64,000 bases of DNA from Flavobacteriales bacterium (lineage in GTDB: Bacteria > Bacteroidota > Bacteroidia > Flavobacteriales > Flavobacteriaceae), in the NCBI GenBank assembly GCA_038204955.1, contig JBBRCJ010000008.1, forward strand, positions 2,187 through 66,186, given 5' to 3'. Shown piece after piece: positions 40,809 to 47,747 of the stretch. The notes under the pieces are model-generated. The model saw only the letters and a list, made by a program, of their open reading frames with translations, was not told the DNA's origin and ran no database searches. The position numbers were made by a program, and so were the translations under genes. Positions within the stretch are counted from its first letter, which is position 1. Every line of letters begins with the position of its first letter.

Positions 40809-41369
40809 AATTTTAAATTCGCTTTCTACTTTATTTTTCAAACTTAAAATTTGTTGGTGTACCTTGGTTGTGGCTTGTAGTGCTGCTTCAATTTTAATTT
40901 GATGGTGCAATCCGTAACGCTCCAATCCTGCATCAGCTTCATAGGCTATTACTTGCAACCAAAGTGCTTCTATTTTATTTTTCGGGGTTGGTTCGTTATG
41001 GGTTATTTTGGTTTGATTTAGATGATTAGCCAAATGCATTAAATTTAGTTTTTGGTTGTATTTTTTTTGAAACTTGGCTAGTTTGTTTTTTAAAATTTGT
41101 TGGTTCAACTCTTGCAATTTTGCCTCCGATTCTAAAAACGAGGTTGCTTTTTCAAGTTGAAGTGCTTCGTGGTTTAAAATTGGTTTGTTTTTGGTTTTTA
41201 ATTTTTCTAAAAAGGCTACTATAGGTGCTAATTTTTCTATCGATTCTGCTGGCAGTTCTCGCTTGCCCGTTTCGTACATTGCTAGTTGGCTTAACGGAAT
41301 TACTAGATATTGTGCCAACAAGTCTTGCGATATTCCGAGTTGGTCTCTGAGTTCGGTTGTAAATTTCAT
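40785..41369 (-). CDS. XRE-type helix-turn-helix protein with a long coiled-coil C-terminal part
   Basis: ORF 40785..41405, with probable start MKFTTELRDQLGISQDLLAQYL....LAMYETGKRELP (HTH_3-like). It is divergent from the accessory array. Confidence 0.65.
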   Translation of the reverse strand: MKFTTELRDQLGISQDLLAQYLVIPLSQLAMYETGKRELPAESIEKLAPIVAFLEKLKTKNKPILNHEALQLEKATSFLESEAKLQELNQQILKNKLAKFQKKYNQKLNLMHLANHLNQTKITHNEPTPKNKIEALWLQVIAYEADAGLERYGLHHQIKIEAALQATTKVHQQILSLKNKVESEFKILNTTNDT

Positions 41370-41647
41370 TGTGATATTTTTTTGATAAATATACAATAGT
41401 ATCACGATAGGGTAATAATTATTTTTTAAAATAAAAAATTATCACGAACTTGTGAGTGAATGTCTTTTTAATTCTATTTTATCTCGAGTTTTGAAAATGA
41501 ATTATAAAGAATATTTTATTATATTTGAAAATGAAAAAAGCGAAAGAAGGCTTTGTTAATGTAACTAATAGTGGGTTGCAATACGATGGTTTGTTTCGGG
41601 TTTATATAAGTTAATGATATTTTGCCTAAAAAACGAATAAAATAATT

Positions 41648-42310
41648 ATGAATGAAATTATTAATTATTATGATAATCTTGCAAAATCATACGATGAGGA
41701 CAGATTTAACAATGCTTATGGAAAGTTTATAGACAAGCAAGAACGAATTTTATTAGATAAAATATTGACTGATAAAAATGAATTGATTTTAGATTTAGCT
41801 TGCGGAAGCGGAAGACTATTAAATTATGCAAATGTTGGTATCGATGCAAGCGCTAATATGGTAGAAATGGCAAAACTTAAATTCAAAAATAAAAAATTAT
41901 TTGTTAACGATGCAGAAAAAACTGTTTTGGAACCAAATTCAATTGATACAATTATTTGTTTTCATTTTTTTATGCATTTAGATAAAAATAAAATTAATAG
42001 AATTTTATTAGAATGCAACAGAGTTTTGAAAGAAAATGGCAGAATTATTTTTGACATCCCGTCAAAAAAAAGAAGAGAAATATTTAATTTTAAACCAAAT
42101 AATTGGCACGGAGGATTTAGCACTTCAATTGCAGAATTAAATCTAAATCCTAATTTCGATATAAAAAGATCTTTTGGAATCCTATTTTTTCCTATCCATC
42201 GATTTCCAAAATTTACTAGAAAATTTCTAATAAAAATTGATTTGCTAATGGCAAACTCATTTCTAAAAGAATACAGTTCATACATAGTAGTTGAATTTAA
42301 GAAAAAATGA
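41648..42310 (+). CDS. class I SAM-dependent methyltransferase
   Basis: 220 aa with SAM motif I (ILDLACGSGRL). Confidence 0.8.
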   Translation: MNEIINYYDNLAKSYDEDRFNNAYGKFIDKQERILLDKILTDKNELILDLACGSGRLLNYANVGIDASANMVEMAKLKFKNKKLFVNDAEKTVLEPNSIDTIICFHFFMHLDKNKINRILLECNRVLKENGRIIFDIPSKKRREIFNFKPNNWHGGFSTSIAELNLNPNFDIKRSFGILFFPIHRFPKFTRKFLIKIDLLMANSFLKEYSSYIVVEFKKK

Positions 42311-43029
42311 GAATTGTTAAAAAAATTAAAATATTCATAAAATTCAAAATTATATTTATTAATGACTTAATAAATGGCAATTTATTTAAGTTTGCAACAA
42401 ATCGACAAACTAACTTTCGTTATAATTCGACGATTGCAATTAAACAAGAAATTAAACCTAGTGAAACATTCGAAAATAAAATTTTTAATCTTTTGAAGGC
42501 TTCAAAAAAAATAAATGAATATGAAATTATGCCAGGCGAATTATTCTCATTTTGGAAAATAGTAGGTAATCCAAATTATGAATTTAAAAAAGGACGAACT
42601 TTATTAAATGGAAAAATTAAAGAAGAAATTGGCGGTGGAATTTGTCAAGTTTCCGGAATAGTATATTATGTAAGTCTGATTGCAGGTTTACAAATCATAG
42701 AAAGATACAATCATTCAGTTGACATTTATACAGATGAAACTAGATTTTCACCATTAGGTTTAGATGCTACTGTTGTTTATGGATATAAAGATTTAAGAAT
42801 AAAAAATAATTACAATTTCCCAATAAAATTTGAAATTCAAGTTCTTAAAAATCAAATAAAAATTGAATTGTTAAGTACAAATGAAATCAAAGAAAACAAG
42901 CTCTTTTTTGAAAAAGAGTTGCTAGAGGAAGAAATAATTGTAAAGATAAAGAATGAAAATAATGAATTAGTGAACATATCGAAATACAAAAAAAACCCAG
43001 CTATTCGAAGTGTTAATAAATACTTTTAA
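42307..43029 (+). CDS. VanW family protein
   Basis: 240 aa with GGGICQVSGIVYYVSL...ERYNHS, typical of the VanW domain. It has an ATGA overlap with the methyltransferase. Its last 11 codons lie inside repeat unit U1. Confidence 0.75.
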   Translation: MRIVKKIKIFIKFKIIFINDLINGNLFKFATNRQTNFRYNSTIAIKQEIKPSETFENKIFNLLKASKKINEYEIMPGELFSFWKIVGNPNYEFKKGRTLLNGKIKEEIGGGICQVSGIVYYVSLIAGLQIIERYNHSVDIYTDETRFSPLGLDATVVYGYKDLRIKNNYNFPIKFEIQVLKNQIKIELLSTNEIKENKLFFEKELLEEEIIVKIKNENNELVNISKYKKNPAIRSVNKYF

Positions 43030-43152
43030 AGCTCTGCGATTGACTAACAACCTCGTAGCATAATATTAAAATATCCAGCACCAAAAGTCTTCTTAAATAC
43101 TACTTTGCTCTGCGATGGTCTACTGACCTAGAAGCAAAATATTAAAAATATA
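42997..43152. repeat. tandem duplication of a ~78-bp unit U (U1 42997..43074, U2 43075..43152); a third copy is at 44912..44990
   Basis: The units start CCAGC(T/A).. and end ..AATATTAAAA(AT)ATA. Each contains an imperfect palindrome, best preserved in U3: AATACTTTGCTCTGCGA-13 nt-TCGCAGCACAATATT. Confidence 0.8.
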
Positions 43153-43364
43153 CTGTGCAAAGATCCAAACCGCTCATATAGGTAAGCAAACAATGTCAAC
43201 ACTAAATAGCTCCGAGCGGACACACAAGACTAGCTACTTGTAACTGATTACGGGAAATTCTTTGAATGTGTTGCATTATTAAAAACACAACTATTTGGTG
43301 TTTCTTACATGTTTATTGGTATATTTGTTTGTGGCTTGTGAAAGTTTTTTCACAGTCAGACGTT
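43075..43364. repeat. array junction J1 (type A left part plus 140-bp R module 43225..43364)
   Basis: Aligns with 44912..45204 along its length. The R module ends ...CACAGTCAGACGTT. It carries a -7-like TATATTTG at 43320..43327 (+). The minus strand encodes MQHIQRISRNQLQVASL, then diverges. Confidence 0.85.
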
Positions 43365-43374
43365 GTGTGACATT

Positions 43375-43701
43375 ATGAAAAACGAAATGCTAAAAGAAAT
43401 ATTCCATAACTATCCGAATCAAATTCAATTTGATGATATCATTGATTTTGAAAATTTTAATGAACGTTTATCTGTAGTTGATTGCATAGTTGTTAATATA
43501 ATCGGAGTCGAAGAAGGGTTTATTGAATTTATTTCAGATAATAATCCACCTTTAGACGATGAAATATTTTGTTGGATTTGGACAATCAGACCTGACTTAA
43601 CAAATGAAATTCTAGAAAAAACTGAAAATGAAGACTTAAAGTTTGCTCTGAAATCACATCTAAAGAACTCAATGGATAAATTTTGGGATTATATCAGTTA
43701 A
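43375..43701 (+). CDS. hypothetical small acidic protein (cassette 1, gene a)
   Basis: ORF 43363..43701, with an ATG at 43375 (MKNEMLKEIF...). I recognise no family. Confidence 0.6.
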   Translation: MKNEMLKEIFHNYPNQIQFDDIIDFENFNERLSVVDCIVVNIIGVEEGFIEFISDNNPPLDDEIFCWIWTIRPDLTNEILEKTENEDLKFALKSHLKNSMDKFWDYIS

Positions 43702-43704
43702 TTT

Positions 43705-44001
43705 ATGAGCGAAAATTATATTCAATACGCTGGAGGATACAATAAAGACAACATTAATTTTGCTGATATTGAAAATGCTATTCTCAAAATTCAGAAAATC
43801 GATGACGAACATGGTGCGTTTTGGGTTTCAATCATTACTGACGACGAAAATGTAATTGAAACAGACAAATATCTAAATTTATCGATTGTGTTTGATGGGA
43901 ATCAAATAAATTATAAAGCAAAAGATTGGCTAAAAGTTAAAGAATTTTACAAACTACTTTTAGACGAAAATTTTAACGAAATAAAACAAAAAATAAAATA
44001 A
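43705..44001 (+). CDS. hypothetical small protein (cassette 1, gene b)
   Basis: 98-aa ORF 3 nt after gene a. I recognise no family. Confidence 0.6.
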   Translation: MSENYIQYAGGYNKDNINFADIENAILKIQKIDDEHGAFWVSIITDDENVIETDKYLNLSIVFDGNQINYKAKDWLKVKEFYKLLLDENFNEIKQKIK

Positions 44002-44005
44002 CGAT

Positions 44006-44401
44006 CGCCCAGCGGCTGTTCCTATGTAAAGAACCATAAAGTTATTCACAACTTTGAGTAAGGGTTAAATGTTGGTTTTTTCGAGTATTATATTCCAAAA
44101 TAAGGCTTGTTGGAAAAGCTGGCTGCTGTTGTCCGCTCTGGATTTAGTGCCATCAATGGCGATGGTTTGCCCTGAAATTAAATCGGCGTCTTTTAGAAAA
44201 CTAACATACAGTTTGAAGGATTGTTTGAGTGCTTTGGGATTGTCAGCTACGGTGGTGCCTTCAAGACTAGTTACTTGTAACTGATTACGGGAAATTCTTT
44301 GAATGTGTAGCATCACTAAAAATACAACTATTAGGTGTTTTATCACGTTTATTGGTATATTTGTTTGATGGAATGTGCAAGTTTTTTCACAGTCTGATGT
44401 T
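44006..44401 (-). mobile_element. array junction J2 (type B): internally deleted IS1182-like transposase relic plus R module 44262..44401
   Basis: The minus-strand ORF from 44313 reads MLHIQRISRNQLQVTSLEGTTVADNP...LYVSFLKDADLISGQTIAIDGTKSRADNS. This joins an IS1182-type N-terminus (NR.Q..F.SLE..I..DNP) directly to the AIDGTK.RA.NS segment. TATATTTG is at 44356..44363 (+). Confidence 0.75.
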
Positions 44402-44431
44402 GGCAGTTATTTTACTTGAACGACACGAAAT

Positions 44432-44899
44432 ATGAGAAAATCAACTAAAATATTTCTAATAATTCTACTTATTTTTATAATTGGAATTTTTATACATCCT
44501 TCAAAAGTTATTTATGTCCCAAAAATTACGGGTAAAATAATTGGCGAAGATGGTAAACCAATAAGTGATGCAATTATTTCGAGAATCGAAGAGTTAGAAA
44601 CTGTAAATAAAAAATATGGATATTTTGATTACAAAAAATATAAATCCCAAACCACAAAAACTGATGAAAATGGAAACTTTCAACTTACTGAAAAGTCAAG
44701 AATTGAATGGTTGCATACTCCATTAGATTTGCCTTTTGCATATTGCTATGGAAATTTTGAAATTGAAAAAAATCACTACAAAACTTACATAACGAAATTT
44801 GGCGAATTTGAACAATTTCATAAATCAAATTGCTATGCTTGCGAAGAAATTGAATTTAAACCAATTATAACTCTGAAAAAAAACGGAATTAAAAAATAA
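44432..44899 (+). CDS. hypothetical membrane-anchored protein with a CarboxypepD_reg-like segment (cassette 2)
   Basis: 155 aa with an N-terminal TM and ITGKIIGEDGKPISDAII...TDENGNFQL. Confidence 0.6.
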   Translation: MRKSTKIFLIILLIFIIGIFIHPSKVIYVPKITGKIIGEDGKPISDAIISRIEELETVNKKYGYFDYKKYKSQTTKTDENGNFQLTEKSRIEWLHTPLDLPFAYCYGNFEIEKNHYKTYITKFGEFEQFHKSNCYACEEIEFKPIITLKKNGIKK

Positions 44900-44911
44900 A
44901 AAACAAAGGCT

Positions 44912-45204
44912 CCAGCTATTCAAAGTCTTCTTAAATAATACTTTGCTCTGCGATGGTCTACTGACCTCGCAGCACAATATTAAAAATATACTGTGCAAAG
45001 ATCCAGACCGCTCATATAGGTAAGCAAACAATGTCAACGGCTAAATAGCTACGAACGGTCATTCAAGACTAGTTACTTGTAACTGATTACGGGAAATTCC
45101 TTGAATGTGTTGCATCACTAAAAACACAACTATTGGGTGTTTCTTAGAAGTTTATTGGTATATTTGTTTGATGGAATGTGCAAGTTTTTTCAAAGTCTTA
45201 CGTT
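44912..45204. repeat. array junction J3 (type A: U3 plus A-left plus R module 45064..45204)
   Basis: Collinear with J1. The minus strand encodes MQHIQGISRNQLQVTSLE then a stop. TATATTTG is at 45159..45166 (+). It ends ...AAAGTCTTACGTT. Confidence 0.85.
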
Positions 45205-45234
45205 AGTAGCTATTTTCAGAAAAATCGGAATAAA

Positions 45235-45605
45235 ATGAATAATATCACAAAATTTTATAAAGAAATAAAAGAAAATTTTCCAAAAATAAATCAAAAAGCA
45301 TTTTGGAATGAATACGATTGGAATGAAGAAGGTTATGAAAATTCATTTATAATGACCGAAATCGCTCGTGAAATATGTCGCTGGAACATAAAAACAGAAT
45401 ATTGGGAACTCGATAATTTATTCAAAATTATTGAAATTGGGTTAACTGAATATGATGAAAAAACGTGTTCATTTTTAGCTACAGATTTCCTTGTAACTTT
45501 AATGGAAAAGAAAATAAAATTGTTAGAGATGAAATTAAAAAACTAATGAGAAAAAAAACTCAAGAAACTTATCGAGAAATGCTTAAGTTTTACAGAGAAG
45601 CGTAA
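45235..45605 (+). pseudogene. hypothetical small protein (cassette 3), apparently frameshifted near its 3' end
   Basis: The ORF runs from the ATG at 45235 to the TAA at 45546. The other frame, from about 45505 to 45605, reads NGKENKIVRDEIKKLMRKKTQETYREMLKFYREA* and looks like the natural C-terminus. The switch lies in the A-rich run GAAAAGAAAATAAAA. Confidence 0.45.
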
Positions 45606-45620
45606 AAACAGCTATTAACA

Positions 45621-46009
45621 GCCGTTCCTATTTAAAGCACCATAAAGTTATTCACAACTTTGAGTAAGGGTTATATGTTGGTTTTTTTCGAGTATTATAT
45701 TCCAAAATAAGGCTTGTTGGTAAAGTTGGCTGCTGTTGTCCGCTCCGGATTTGGTGCCATCAATGGCGATGGTTTGCCCTGAAATTAAATCGGCATCTTT
45801 TAAAAAACTAACATACAGTTTGAAGAGTTGTTTGAGCGCTTTGGTATTGTCAGCTACGGTGGTGCCTTCAAGACTAGATACTTGTAACTGATTACGGGAA
45901 ATTCTTTGAATGTGTTGCATCATTAAAAATACAACTATTAGGTGTTTCTTACAGGTTTATTGGTATATTTGTTTGATGGAATGTGCAAGTTTTTTCATAG
46001 TCTGACGTT
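45621..46009 (-). mobile_element. array junction J4 (type B): a second copy of the same deleted IS1182-like relic plus R module 45869..46009
   Basis: The minus ORF 45648..45923 reads MMQHIQRISRNQLQVSSLEGTTVADNTKALKQLFKLYVSFLKDADLISGQTIAIDGTKSGADNS. It has the same deletion junction as J2. TATATTTG is at 45964..45971 (+). Confidence 0.75.
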
Positions 46010-46048
46010 GTGTGAAATATTAAAAAAACTGAATTAAAGATATACAAA

Positions 46049-46600
46049 ATGAAGAAACTAATAATCTTTTTTTGCTTAACTGTATTTACTAGTTGCTCTA
46101 TTAAGTATTTTACAACTAACAAAGACTACTGGAGACCTATTGACAATAATGTATTCACCTATAAAAAAAATAACTTCAGGCTTAATAATTCAATAATAGA
46201 CACAACAAAAATATATTGTAAGGCAGTTCCAGAGGAAAATCCAAAATATTTTGAATGTTACAGATTTTTTTCAACAGGACAAGTACTATCATACAGTTTC
46301 CGCACAAAAATTGATACCACTGCTTTTTCTAATATAAATATCGGTGGAGTTGGATATTATCACATTAAAAAAAATATTATTCGAATTCAACAATTTACAG
46401 TTTATGCTGAACATTTCACAAAAGGTGGCGGCGGAGCGTTAATTCATAATTATGCAACTATTAAAAATGATAGTATTATAATGGATCACGAACACATTGG
46501 AAAAAATTATTACGCAAATAGAAACATACTTGAAGGTGGATATAAACTTATTTACAAAAAAACAAAAATAGAAGCACCAAAATTAAAACCAATTTGGTAA
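46049..46600 (+). CDS. hypothetical lipoprotein (cassette 4)
   Basis: 183 aa with signal peptide and lipobox FTSCS. I recognise no family. Confidence 0.6.
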   Translation: MKKLIIFFCLTVFTSCSIKYFTTNKDYWRPIDNNVFTYKKNNFRLNNSIIDTTKIYCKAVPEENPKYFECYRFFSTGQVLSYSFRTKIDTTAFSNINIGGVGYYHIKKNIIRIQQFTVYAEHFTKGGGGALIHNYATIKNDSIIMDHEHIGKNYYANRNILEGGYKLIYKKTKIEAPKLKPIW

Positions 46601-46624
46601 CAAAAACAAATACTGCACGCAATA

Positions 46625-46870
46625 GCCGTTCCTATTTAAAGCGCCACAAAGTTATTCAAAACTTTGAGTAAGGGTTATATTTGGTTTTTTTCGAGTATTA
46701 TTTCAGCAATAAGGCTTGTTGGTAAAGTTGGCTGCTGTTGTCCGCTCTGGATTTGGTGCCATCAATGGCGATGGTTTGCCCTGAAATTAAATCGGCGTCT
46801 TTTAGAAAACTAACATACAGTTTGAAGAGTTGTTTGTGCCATTGTGCAAGTTTTTTCAAAGTCTGACGTT
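46625..46870 (-). mobile_element. array junction J5 (type B with an additional internal deletion)
   Basis: It matches J2/J4 up to ...GTTTGAAGAGTTGTTTG, then jumps to TGCCATTGTGCAAGTTTTTTCAAAGTCTGACGTT. TTGTTTGA occurs at both parental positions in J4. The transposase start and the TATATTTG motif are lost. Confidence 0.75.
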
Positions 46871-46946
46871 AGGCGACAGCAGTTCAGAAAACTGCAAAAA
46901 AGAAAATTGAATTGAAAAAAAACTTATCTTTGAAAAAAATGTAGAA

Positions 46947-47195
46947 ATGGCAAAAACAATTTCAATAGAATACCCAAATTTCCTTGCAAATTCGATGAGG
47001 ATGAACAAGAGTGATTTTGAAAACGAGATAAAAGTAAGCGGTCTTGTAAAATTATTTGAACTTGGAAAAATATCGACAGGAATCGCATCAAAAGCATTGG
47101 GAATTTCCAGAATAGCGTTTTTAGAATTATTAGGAAAGTACAAAGTAGGTTTTCTGAACTTTGACGATTTAGACTCTGACTACGAAAATGCGTAA
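46947..47195 (+). CDS. UPF0175-family antitoxin-like protein (cassette 5)
   Basis: 82 aa. The ...LFELGKISTGIASKALGISRIAFLELLGKY... pattern fits UPF0175. Its own -7-like TATCTTTG is at 46925..46932. Confidence 0.7.
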   Translation: MAKTISIEYPNFLANSMRMNKSDFENEIKVSGLVKLFELGKISTGIASKALGISRIAFLELLGKYKVGFLNFDDLDSDYENA

Positions 47196-47670
47196 AGTAG
47201 TTTCAAATACAACGCCAATTATTTCTCTTTTAAAAGTTGGGAAACTAGAAATATTGAAGGAACTTTATCAAGAAATATTTATTCCTTATGAAGTTTATCT
47301 TGAAATCGAAGCGGGAAAGAACAAGGAATATTATATAGACTTAACAAAAGAAAAATGGATTCGAATTGTAAAAATACAAAGCGAAAAATCACTTTTATTT
47401 TTCTTAGATTTAGACAAAGGTGAAGCTGAAGCAATAGTTTTAGCCAACGAAACAAATGCAGATTTAATAATTTTAGATGAAACTTTGGGAAGATTCCACG
47501 CAAAACATATAGGATTAAATGTAACGGGGACAATTGGAATACTTTTGAAAGCAAAAGAAAACGGAATAATCGACAAAATAAAACCAATACTAAACGAACT
47601 TTCACAAAAAGGCATTTGGTTAAGTGAAACATTGATAAAACAAACCTTGACAAAAGCATCTGAAACTTAA
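47188..47670 (+). CDS. DUF3368 (PIN-like) toxin-type protein (cassette 5)
   Basis: 160 aa. It overlaps the antitoxin by 8 nt. The pattern SNTTPIISL..(I)G.L.LL.......I...V..E, LDKGEAEAI.LA, ILDE..GR fits the DUF3368/PIN-like family. Confidence 0.7.
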   Translation: MRKVVSNTTPIISLLKVGKLEILKELYQEIFIPYEVYLEIEAGKNKEYYIDLTKEKWIRIVKIQSEKSLLFFLDLDKGEAEAIVLANETNADLIILDETLGRFHAKHIGLNVTGTIGILLKAKENGIIDKIKPILNELSQKGIWLSETLIKQTLTKASET

Positions 47671-47688
47671 ATTAAGTATTCTGCCGCT

Positions 47689-47719
47689 CGCCCAGCAGAT
47701 GTTCCTATATAAAGCACCA
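47689..47719. repeat. 31-bp stub of the type B junction left end (array terminus)
   Basis: CGCCCAGCAGATGTTCCTATATAAAGCACCA matches the first ~31 nt of J2 (44006..). Similarity then stops. Confidence 0.7.
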
Positions 47720-47747
47720 GATGGCGCGGATATAGGTCAACGGTTGG

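Noticed and set aside
44825-45037. 70-aa minus-strand ORF inside junction J3. The 44069-44284 + ORF inside J2 is similar.
   Set aside because: They run through repeat sequence without a recognisable family and are not conserved as ORFs in the other junction copies.
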